Origin: Syntrophales bacterium
GTDB lineage: Bacteria > Desulfobacterota > Syntrophia > Syntrophales > UBA4778
Direction of reading: 5' to 3'
DNA length: 64,000 nucleotides
Assembly (NCBI GenBank): GCA_963665615.2
Contig: CAXXQE010000008.1
Coordinates: forward strand, 248,001-312,000
Position 1 is the stretch's first letter. Each line of letters begins with the position of its first letter. The notes under the pieces were generated by a model. It saw only the letters and a program-made list of their open reading frames with translations. It ran no database searches and had not been told where the DNA came from. Both the position numbers and the translations under genes were made by a program. This document shows positions 38,974 through 46,875 of this stretch, one piece after another.

Positions 38974-39417
38974 TCAGCGGATATCGCCACAGAATAAATC
39001 CCTGTTCCCGTCGGAGGGACTGCTGCGAACCACAACTGCATAGTGACCGGCAAGCAAGCCGTCCAAGGAAGCCGGAATCTTCTTGTTAACTCTCCAGGCA
39101 TTTTTTCCTACCCTGTCCGTCGTCACGGTATCGTTCATCTCGTAAGCTGGTTTTTTGCCAAGTTTCTCGCAGGAACCGGGGTAGATAAAGGTATAGATAC
39201 GGATCGGCCGCTCCAGCCAGGGTTGAAGGTTAGCCACATTGAACACGACTTCGCAGCCTTTGGCCACAGGGACAAAAGTCGCGCTACCGATCGCGCCCGC
39301 ATTGAAGTGACTGGCTTTAAGAGTAATCTGCTTGGGTTGCGCCTTTTCAGTTGCGCCGGCCAACGCTGCACCAAACAGAAAACCTATCATCACGAATAAA
39401 CAGGCAATCTTTTTCAT
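38974..39417 (-). CDS. Secreted hypothetical protein, possibly SodC-like fold without metal ligands
   Basis: Signal peptide; GSATF, IYPGSC and AVVVR...FCGDI spacing. Confidence 0.65.
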   Translation of the reverse strand: MKKIACLFVMIGFLFGAALAGATEKAQPKQITLKASHFNAGAIGSATFVPVAKGCEVVFNVANLQPWLERPIRIYTFIYPGSCEKLGKKPAYEMNDTVTTDRVGKNAWRVNKKIPASLDGLLAGHYAVVVRSSPSDGNRDLFCGDIR

Positions 39418-39524
39418 GCTACGATTCTCCTTTCATTTTATTCGGCAGACGGGTTTTGATCCAACCGATATCTCCATGACGCGATGATGAAGCAGATTGC
39501 ATTTCGCCGCGCTAAGATTCGCCT

Positions 39525-39851
39525 CTAGCTTTCGATCGCGCGCATAGCCTCGGCGATTTCCTGCGCACTTTGCGGACGAACCAGGCGCGCAACCTCTTGT
39601 CCGTCCTTCAGAAACAGCAGCGTCGGCCACAATTTGATGCCGAAGGAACGTCCGAGTGGACGACCGCGGCCATCCTCGACCTTGATGTGCCCAATGTTCG
39701 GATGTGCGGCAAACGCCTCCGCGATCAGCGGCCGCGCGCCCTGACAATAGCCGCACCAGTCCGTTCCAAATTCAAGGACCGTCGGCTCGCACAAGGCATC
39801 GATCGCCTCGCGGGTCGGTTCGACTGCTATATACAGATTGCTGAAAGCCAT
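39525..39851 (-). CDS. Thioredoxin-family protein
   Basis: WCGYC active site; WPTLLFLKDGQEVAR cis-Pro motif. Confidence 0.9.
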   Translation of the reverse strand: MAFSNLYIAVEPTREAIDALCEPTVLEFGTDWCGYCQGARPLIAEAFAAHPNIGHIKVEDGRGRPLGRSFGIKLWPTLLFLKDGQEVARLVRPQSAQEIAEAMRAIES

Positions 39852-39901
39852 TGGTTCTCCTTCACTAAGAAACGCATATTTTCATGGGCGTACCGATATT
39901 T

Positions 39902-39968
39902 TCTTAATGGAGCCGCCACTGAACTGCCGTCTTCATGGTTGCTCCTGAGAAGAGAGGCGGCATTATTC
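39902..39968 (-). mobile_element. Degenerate attC-like site
   Basis: GAATAAT-GCCGC...GGCAGTTCAG-TGGCGGCTCC-ATTAAGA after a stop codon; right arm resembles 41896-41957; core AAC/GTT mutated to AAT/ATT. Confidence 0.5.
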
Positions 39969-39976
39969 CAGCATCT

Positions 39977-40816
39977 CTATTTGTCGCCCATGATCTTCGT
40001 AACCGATTCCACCCATGGCTCATACCGCTTCCCATATTTGATGACCGCTGAATACCGGGGTGCCTTGACACCGTTTCGGTCTGCAGCATCCGGTGCCAAC
40101 CATGAAGCTCCCGGCTTGCCGGTCAATCCGGCCAGTTGTCCCTGCATATTAAGCGGCACAGTCACCTGGTCGCAGAGTATCGTCGAAACGGAGCCGAAAA
40201 TTTCTGTATCCGCTTTCGAAATGGATCTGTCATAGTGCATGAATAAATCCACAATGGCGGGAGTAATGGCATAGCGCCGGCGGTCAGGGTAACGGATGCG
40301 GAGGGCATCGGGATCAGGGCCAACGTCAACCGGGAACAGGCGCGACGCATGGGTGCGACGCCACTCCAGATTATTCACCTGCTGCTTGGGAACCTTATTC
40401 TCACGACCTTGCGGCTCCTTCTGTTTCTGAGCCGCCTTTTCAACAGCGCGCTGCATCCTTTCATCCCATTGTTTCCAGGCGACTCCCTGGTACTCCAGGA
40501 CGACGTAGGCCCGCCGCGGCAGGATCTTTTTCGTCCCGATAGCCGCATCACTCTTCGGGTCCCAACCGGAGAGGTCGAACCCGACCTCTGACAGCTTTTT
40601 CCGGTCGAACCACTCCAGCGGTCTATCCCAATCCCGGTTTACCTCTATTCGGAAGGAGACGCCGCTGTTTTCCCGCGAGGACGCGTCGAGCCGCAATTCC
40701 CTTTCAGTCAGCTCCAAGGCTGAATCGGTAGCTGAACGATTCCGGAAAACGCCCAACAGCACGATGGCGTTGACAGCCGCAACAAAGACCATGGCAACAA
40801 TAATCCCCCGTTTCAT
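39977..40816 (-). CDS. DUF4824-like membrane-anchored protein
   Basis: N-terminal TM, NR...LELTERELR, KLSEVGF, SRLFPVDVG.D..ALR.RYPDR and YGKRYEPWV; ATGA-coupled to the DUF2157 gene. Confidence 0.7.
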   Translation of the reverse strand: MKRGIIVAMVFVAAVNAIVLLGVFRNRSATDSALELTERELRLDASSRENSGVSFRIEVNRDWDRPLEWFDRKKLSEVGFDLSGWDPKSDAAIGTKKILPRRAYVVLEYQGVAWKQWDERMQRAVEKAAQKQKEPQGRENKVPKQQVNNLEWRRTHASRLFPVDVGPDPDALRIRYPDRRRYAITPAIVDLFMHYDRSISKADTEIFGSVSTILCDQVTVPLNMQGQLAGLTGKPGASWLAPDAADRNGVKAPRYSAVIKYGKRYEPWVESVTKIMGDK

Positions 40817-41868
40817 GCGGCACCTCCCTTCAGTGCAGAACGCATCCGGCGCAACGCCAGGAGAAGGACAACCGCCATGAGACCCAGCACCAGGAAGAAG
40901 AGGTACTTGGGCATCCAGTCCCACCACCAGTCGAAAAATTTCGTATAGAGGAATATGACGAAAAAGGTGCTGCCGAGATTGACGGTGCCGGGCCACTGGC
41001 GGCGAATGCCGATCCAAATGACAAGGGCGCAGAGAGTGAAACCTGCAACCTGGTATCCATACTCCACCGTCTTTGCCGGTAAAGAGAGATAGCTCCCGCC
41101 TCCCCAGTGGGAGAGGGCGAGGACCGACGACAACAGCACGAGAAGCCCGGAAATCCGGTAGATCGGCTGGAACTCTTCCCTGCCCTTGTGGGGAAGGGCC
41201 GCCGCGGCGGCTACCGCCACGCCGGCAAAGACGAAGTTTTCGGGCCGCGCGCCGAAAGAAAGCCAGTAACAGCCACTCCAGGTTCCGACAGTGGCGGAAA
41301 GGTAGGCGATCAGGCTGACGAGCCCGGAGGTGAGAAGCAACTTCAGCCGGTAGGTGTAGGCAATGATGATCGCGAATGCACCCCAGGCGAGGAAGGCATT
41401 CTGGGTTGACGTGATGGAGAAAATCTGTCCGAGCATAGACAGATCCAGGACGAAGGCCGCGAAGGCGACAAGGCCGATCAGGGATGCGAAGTAGAGGGTC
41501 TTCTCGCGACGGGCCGCCATCTCAATGGCGGCCGTTGCCACGACGGGGGCCGAGACAAGAATTATTACCTGCAGCGGCGTTGAGAGAAGACCCCAGAATC
41601 GGTAGAAAAAGAAGAAGACCGCGGCGGATAGCGCAAGCGCCCCGAGGAAGGAGACAATCCGCATCCCCAGGGACATTTGCTTCTCCATTCCGCTGGTATC
41701 GACATCAAAGTCGGCGGAGAGCCTGGCAACGAGCGATTCGAAATGCGCGCTGACCCGGGCTCGCTCCGCAGGAGGAAGAACAAGGATCTCGTCGCGCTCC
41801 AGTTCCTCCAGTTCTGCAAGGAATGCCCCAATCCGATCTACCCGCCGCTGCGCCTCATCCCTGTTCAT
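40813..41868 (-). CDS. DUF2157-type polytopic membrane protein
   Basis: Soluble N-terminus followed by ~9 TM helices; KFFDWWWDWMPKYLFF motif. Confidence 0.75.
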   Translation of the reverse strand: MNRDEAQRRVDRIGAFLAELEELERDEILVLPPAERARVSAHFESLVARLSADFDVDTSGMEKQMSLGMRIVSFLGALALSAAVFFFFYRFWGLLSTPLQVIILVSAPVVATAAIEMAARREKTLYFASLIGLVAFAAFVLDLSMLGQIFSITSTQNAFLAWGAFAIIIAYTYRLKLLLTSGLVSLIAYLSATVGTWSGCYWLSFGARPENFVFAGVAVAAAAALPHKGREEFQPIYRISGLLVLLSSVLALSHWGGGSYLSLPAKTVEYGYQVAGFTLCALVIWIGIRRQWPGTVNLGSTFFVIFLYTKFFDWWWDWMPKYLFFLVLGLMAVVLLLALRRMRSALKGGAA

Positions 41869-41895
41869 GGAACCTCCTTACACCCGCAGATTCTT

Positions 41896-41957
41896 TAGTA
41901 ACGGCGCCGCGTCTGAACTGCCGGCCATAGACCGGTCGGTTCCAGTCGCTGTTAGGC
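41896..41957 (-). mobile_element. attC-like site (partly degenerate)
   Basis: GCCTAAC ... CTG(G)AAC ... GTTCAG ... GTTACTA on the minus strand, immediately downstream of the prohibitin gene. Confidence 0.65.
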
Positions 41958-41980
41958 TGCCGGTTGGATATTCAGCCCAG

Positions 41981-42844
41981 TTATTTCGCATCCTCGAGAG
42001 CCTTCATATCAATGAAAGGCGTGGCGCCAGAAGTAATTTTCGGCATGTGGCCATCCCACTTTTCAATGGCCTTGATGGAGGCCTCTATTTTTCGCAGTTG
42101 TATCAACTGGGGCGTCACATTCTCTTTCTGCAGCCGCAAAGACTCGGCTTCCGCCTTCGCGGTTGCAATTCTCTGTTCGGCCTCGATCTTGACTCTCTCA
42201 AGGTCGCGCTGCGCCTTGAAGGCCAGCTGCTCCGCAGTCTGCTTCGCCTCGATGGCGGCCTCGAACTGCTGCGAGAATCTGAAATTGACGATGGAAAAGT
42301 CGTCGATCACGATGTCGTAGGCAATCAGGCGCTGTTTGAGAAGGTCTTTGATCTCATTGCGCACCTTCTCGCGCTGGGTAATCAGTTCCACTGCCGTGTA
42401 GCGTGCGGTGATGGCCTTGACCACCTCCTGAAGCGCGGGATCGACAATGCGTTCCCTGAATTCGGTTCCGATGCTCTGATAGACCTTGTTCACCCTGTCT
42501 GGGAAGACGTGATAATTGACGGCGATGACGGACTTCGTGTCCTGAAGGTCCTTGGAGACGGATTCGGCGTCGGTCTGGGATTTCTGGATACGCACATCCA
42601 CCAGGGCTATTTTCTGCATCACCGGAACGCGCAAATGCAACCCTTCGGCGAGTACGTTCGGCTGCACGGCCCCGAAATTCAGCACCACGCCGCGCTCACC
42701 GGGGCCAACCAGAACGAATGGGTTCAAGGTCTTGAGCACAATCCAAAGGACGATCAGCAAGACGATGGCCATGATGATCTTCTTCCAACTTCCCCCTACC
42801 TTCTTTGCATGTTCCGCTAAGGCATCGATATCTGTCACGGTCAC
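41981..42844 (-). CDS. Prohibitin/SPFH-family membrane protein
   Basis: VGPGERGVV..FG, EGLHLRVP, SKDLQ, KAITARYTAVELIT and AIEAKQTAEQ motifs. Confidence 0.9.
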   Translation of the reverse strand: MTVTDIDALAEHAKKVGGSWKKIIMAIVLLIVLWIVLKTLNPFVLVGPGERGVVLNFGAVQPNVLAEGLHLRVPVMQKIALVDVRIQKSQTDAESVSKDLQDTKSVIAVNYHVFPDRVNKVYQSIGTEFRERIVDPALQEVVKAITARYTAVELITQREKVRNEIKDLLKQRLIAYDIVIDDFSIVNFRFSQQFEAAIEAKQTAEQLAFKAQRDLERVKIEAEQRIATAKAEAESLRLQKENVTPQLIQLRKIEASIKAIEKWDGHMPKITSGATPFIDMKALEDAK

Positions 42845-42920
42845 TCCTCCTTGGTTATGTTCAAAATCAAAAATGGGAAATATGGCTGACCCCGGGACTC
42901 ATTTGAGTTCAGGCCGCCTG

Positions 42921-43235
42921 TTATCGAGTCGTGGGCGGCGGGTCCTTCCTATCAGACCAATGAATCCCATACCGTGAATTGCCATGCGCCTTCACCTCGA
43001 ACCAATAAAATGGGTAGTAGGCGATGTAAAGTGCTCTATCTGAATTCCCATGAGAGTGACCGTAATAGAAGTAGGCCATGTTGGCCATGGGACCGGCAAG
43101 CCCAAGTTGCGGCAAGAATAACCATGAGGAGACGTATCCTCCCAACAGGAAAACCATGGCAGCAACGACAACGGCCACGATCTTCAGCTTCGTCTTGTTT
43201 GCATCACTTTGGAATCTATCGTTCCTGCACTTCAT
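42921..43235 (-). CDS. Small membrane hypothetical protein (probable gene cassette)
   Basis: One TM helix; starts ~20 bp after an attC core GTTATGT; its stop lies within CGATAAC, followed by a truncated attC left arm. Confidence 0.6.
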   Translation of the reverse strand: MKCRNDRFQSDANKTKLKIVAVVVAAMVFLLGGYVSSWLFLPQLGLAGPMANMAYFYYGHSHGNSDRALYIAYYPFYWFEVKAHGNSRYGIHWSDRKDPPPTTR

Positions 43236-43249
43236 AGGCTTTTATCGTC

Positions 43250-43312
43250 ACATAACGAAAGGCTCACTGGGAGCCGGACGTTTCGGCAATCCAGTGCAGC
43301 GTCCGGTTATGA
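43250..43312 (-). mobile_element. attC: Canonical integron attC recombination site (63 bp)
   Basis: R'' TCATAAC-N5-L'' GCT(G)CAC-TGG...CCA-L' GTGAGC-N5-R' GTTATGT, with one extrahelical base in L''; starts 2 bp after the stop codon. Confidence 0.88.
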
Positions 43313-43314
43313 GG

Positions 43315-44277
43315 TCACTGGAACAGAGATTTTTGGGCTCTTGTGATTTTATCCTTATCATTTTGCTTCTTGACGTGCGCCAAAATACGCTGCTTCAGAT
43401 CCTCAGGAATTAATGCCTTATCTTCGGGCTTCTTTTTATGAAAACTCCACCCGCACAAGTAGCGAGCCGTTCCCTCCAGTTGAGACACGGAGAGGTTTTC
43501 GTCAAGAACATTCTTTACGATCTCTCGCGTATCAATCCGTAACAGCAGTTCTTCGGGAGCCGATTCATAAGACGGGAAGCCCGACCAAGGGCCAGCGCCC
43601 GAACCATACCAAGTTATCAATGACAGCACCAAATCCTTTCGATCAGGGAATGACGCATTCGCAACAGACCACAAATCATCCAGAGTCTTTTGGGAGGGCT
43701 CAATAGTAGTACTCCAATCGATCTTCTCCCATCGAACTCGTATAGGTGCTGGCATGGCTGAAAGCCATTTTTCATACCGCTTCTCGCTTTCTTTCTCGAG
43801 GCGGACGTCCTCTTCGTATTCTTGTTTGGGTTTCTTCACATGATGATTGGCAAGCCAATCAAGGAGCTTTTCGTTGTCTTTCAGAATCACATCCGCTTTC
43901 CATTCATTCCATCGAATGCTTCGACCGTGGTGAAGAGCTATTGTTGCAATCAGTTTTTTGTCTTTGTAGAACTCGATAGTCGGTTCACCGAGACACATAC
44001 AGTAACCGAAAGCGCGATGATCTTCGATTATTGAGAGAAGGGATCTGAACTCCGTGATGTCTTTCGGATTCTCTGTATCCAGCAAGACTTCCCCTTTCAT
44101 CGCCTTTCCACCCTCCATGCCTGCATCAATGATGCGAATGCGGTTTGCTGAACTCATCATGTCATTCAGTAATTTTTGAGTAGGAAAAGGTTTGTCTGAT
44201 GCCAGCAGCGAAGTGCAAATGACAAATAATAGGGCTATCAGAAAAAACACTAATTTTGCTTTTCGGAATCTATTCAT
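43315..44277 (-). CDS. Secreted hypothetical protein carried as a gene cassette
   Basis: Signal peptide, CMC motif, AT-richer codon usage; bounded by GTTATGA (44284-44290) and the complementary TCATAAC (43306-43312). Confidence 0.75.
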   Translation of the reverse strand: MNRFRKAKLVFFLIALLFVICTSLLASDKPFPTQKLLNDMMSSANRIRIIDAGMEGGKAMKGEVLLDTENPKDITEFRSLLSIIEDHRAFGYCMCLGEPTIEFYKDKKLIATIALHHGRSIRWNEWKADVILKDNEKLLDWLANHHVKKPKQEYEEDVRLEKESEKRYEKWLSAMPAPIRVRWEKIDWSTTIEPSQKTLDDLWSVANASFPDRKDLVLSLITWYGSGAGPWSGFPSYESAPEELLLRIDTREIVKNVLDENLSVSQLEGTARYLCGWSFHKKKPEDKALIPEDLKQRILAHVKKQNDKDKITRAQKSLFQ

Positions 44278-44283
44278 TTTTCC

Positions 44284-44332
44284 TCATAACGTAGCCGCGT
44301 CTGCACGCCGGCCGTAGGCCGGTCGTTCCGAC
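44284..44332 (-). mobile_element. Right arm/core of an upstream attC-like site
   Basis: GGAACGACCGGCCTACGGCCGGCGTGCAGACGCGGCTAC-GTTATGA closely resembles 41896-41945; left arm not recognisable. Confidence 0.6.
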
Positions 44333-44591
44333 CGCCGAAGGCTCCGGCGAATCTCCGATCCTTGCAGCATCCGGCGCTCTGACGGCAGACATATTTTTTC
44401 CTCGAAAGAGATGGCAAACGTCATCAAAAACCTGACGTCTCTGTAATGCAATCGCGTAAATTAATTATGGGGATTGGGACGCGTTGTCAAGGGGAATCTT
44501 GGACGCATTATTCGGCAGCGCTCGCCCGAACGCCGGAACCCGCTAAGCCTCGGACATGACGAGGGACAAGCAGTTTCCGCCGGATCGATGT

Positions 44592-46430
44592 TTACCCTCC
44601 CAGAATCACAGACATCCTGCAGTTCCTGCAATCGAATTCGAGGCGGTAGGTGTGATGTGCATCCTTCAGCCGGAGCGGCTCTTTGACTGGATGGGCTGGA
44701 TGCTGAAGCTTCGGGCAGAGATCCAGTTGATACCGGATGCAGTAGCGGGTGGTCATGACCGTCTTGCCGGCGATATCGGCCAGGCTCTCAAAGGCAGGTT
44801 CCGAAATAGTCGCACCGTGGCGTTCATAGAATTTTCGCGCCTGCGTATTGAAGACATTGGCGTGAAAGTCGAGGATTTTCTCCGGATATGGGGCGTCATT
44901 GGGGGAAAAGGGAATTGCCTGCGGGCTGAAAGCAGTCAGCCGGACGGCTGTGAGCCTTTCCAGAACCTCGCGCCGGATGCCGTTGAGCGCGCTTGCCGCA
45001 AGAAAGCCCGGCTCCTGCGGCTCGATCGCCAGCGTCGTGATGCGGTAAGGTGTGTTGCCGGTGCTGGAGAGCTGCTTTTCAATCTGCACCCTCGCGTTTT
45101 CCGGGTTGCGCGACGGCTCGAAGTCGATCTCTCTGCGCGCTTCCGCCGCGCAGTCGTCCTCATCGGTAGCCTCAAGCCGGATGCCGCGCTCGTCCTGAAT
45201 GAAATGCATCGCCACGGCAATACGCCGATCGCCGGGGGATTTCTTCAGCACTCGGGTAAAGTCCATATCATGGTTGCGGTACAGTTCTGTCCCGACGGCA
45301 AGGCCCTTCATGCTGTTCGGAAAAATCTTGCCCTTCTCCACCCGTTCGACACGGAATCCGGCCAGATCGTCCTGCATCGTGAAAAAGCACAGACCGTCGC
45401 CGTTTTGCAGATCGTAGCGGGCCATTTGGAAATGATCTTTTCCCACGGCGGCGATCTTTCCCAGATACTGACCGATGGCCTTCGGGGTGGCAATGGAGGC
45501 GATCTTGTCGGGCCTGCCTGAGAGGAAATACGGCGTATAGCCGCGGTTGAAGGTCCGGTCCACATCCGGCGTGAACGTCAGCGTGCCGGCGCCGGAGCTT
45601 GCACGTCGGTAGTCGGGATGATCGCCGATAAACCGGTCGATGGCCTGACGGTAAGCGGCAGTGACGTTCTTGACATAGTCGATGCCCTTGTAGCGCCCTT
45701 CGATCTTGAAGGAGGTGACGCCTGCCGAAATCAGATCCGGCAGGGCATTCAACCGGTTCATGTCCTTGAGGGACAGCAGGTATTTATTCTGCAATATTCG
45801 ACGGCCGCTGCCGTCGACCAGGGTGTAGTGCGACCGGCAGGGCTGGGCGCAGACGCCGCGATTGCCGCTGCGTCCTGCCACGGCCTGGCTCATGTAACAT
45901 TGCCCGCTGTAGGAAACGCACAGCGCCCCGTGCACAAAGGCCTCCAGCTCTATCGTGGAGGTGCGGCGGCGGATCGCCGCGATCTCGGCCAGTGACAGTT
46001 CTCTTGCCAGAATGACCCGCCGGAATCCCACGTCCTCCAGGAATTTGACCTTCTCGGGCGTGCTGTTGTGCATCTGGGTGCTGGCGATCAGGGCGATGGG
46101 CGGCAAGTCCAGCTCCAGCAGCCCGACATCCTGAATGATAAGGCCGTCGACGCCGAGTTCATGGATGGTCCGGATGATCTCCAGGGAGTCGTCCAGTTCC
46201 GCGTCAGTGAGAATCGTGTTGAGCGCCACATAGACCCTGGCGCGATACAGATGCGCGTGACGGATCAGACGCTCGATATCGTCCACAGACACGCCTGCTG
46301 CGGCCCTGGCGGAAAACCGGGGCGCGCCGATATAGACGGCATCCGCGCCGTGATCGATCGCGGCGATGCCGATATCCGCGTCCCCGGCGGGCGCGAGCAG
46401 CTCCAGTTCTGTACCGGCAGGGGATGTCAT
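44592..46430 (-). CDS. rlhA: U32 peptidase family protein, RlhA/YdcP-like (23S rRNA C2501 hydroxylation)
   Basis: ELLAPAG, GADAVYIG, ASTQM, FVHGALCVSYSGQCY, SGNRGVCAQPCR and KIEGR motifs; long C-terminal extension. Confidence 0.85.
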   Translation of the reverse strand: MTSPAGTELELLAPAGDADIGIAAIDHGADAVYIGAPRFSARAAAGVSVDDIERLIRHAHLYRARVYVALNTILTDAELDDSLEIIRTIHELGVDGLIIQDVGLLELDLPPIALIASTQMHNSTPEKVKFLEDVGFRRVILARELSLAEIAAIRRRTSTIELEAFVHGALCVSYSGQCYMSQAVAGRSGNRGVCAQPCRSHYTLVDGSGRRILQNKYLLSLKDMNRLNALPDLISAGVTSFKIEGRYKGIDYVKNVTAAYRQAIDRFIGDHPDYRRASSGAGTLTFTPDVDRTFNRGYTPYFLSGRPDKIASIATPKAIGQYLGKIAAVGKDHFQMARYDLQNGDGLCFFTMQDDLAGFRVERVEKGKIFPNSMKGLAVGTELYRNHDMDFTRVLKKSPGDRRIAVAMHFIQDERGIRLEATDEDDCAAEARREIDFEPSRNPENARVQIEKQLSSTGNTPYRITTLAIEPQEPGFLAASALNGIRREVLERLTAVRLTAFSPQAIPFSPNDAPYPEKILDFHANVFNTQARKFYERHGATISEPAFESLADIAGKTVMTTRYCIRYQLDLCPKLQHPAHPVKEPLRLKDAHHTYRLEFDCRNCRMSVILGG

Positions 46431-46867
46431 GTCAGACCTCCGGCAGGCTTGACCGTCTTGTGAAGAAATTGCGCCGCAATGCTTCTGGCCTCGTCCATTG
46501 AGTCATAGGGGATTGCCTGGATGCCGGGGCTTCCGGCAATCATGGCGGACAGCGTCCGGTCCGGCGTCGTCCGATACAGACACAAAACAGGTTTTTTCAT
46601 GGCCACAGCCCACCCCAGTTCATAGCCCACGCCCAGAGACGGCGTCGTCACTTCCGCCACGACGCAATCGCATGCCTCCAGCCAGGCCATGTCCCGGTCG
46701 TGGATGTAGCGATCGTGGGGGCCGTCGTCGCCTGCCTGTGAAAGGGATGGATCGCCGACGTGCTCCGTCAGGACCTCTCCGAAAGATCGCAGCCACGCAA
46801 TGATTTCCCGATAGATTTCCGCATCTTCCCTGCCCGCGCGGATCGATCCGGCAAAATAGATCTTCAT
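46427..46867 (-). CDS. 2'-deoxynucleoside 5'-phosphate N-hydrolase (DNPH1/Rcl-like; nucleoside deoxyribosyltransferase fold)
   Basis: IYFAGSIRAGRED, GEVLTEHV, VVAEVTTPSLGVGYELG and LSAMIAG motifs. Confidence 0.88.
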   Translation of the reverse strand: MKIYFAGSIRAGREDAEIYREIIAWLRSFGEVLTEHVGDPSLSQAGDDGPHDRYIHDRDMAWLEACDCVVAEVTTPSLGVGYELGWAVAMKKPVLCLYRTTPDRTLSAMIAGSPGIQAIPYDSMDEARSIAAQFLHKTVKPAGGLT

Positions 46868-46875
46868 ACGCTCCT

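Noticed and set aside
44360..44591. attI site or intI remnant upstream of the cassette array
   Set aside because: No tyrosine-recombinase-like ORF; the interval is short and leads directly to the rlhA stop codon.
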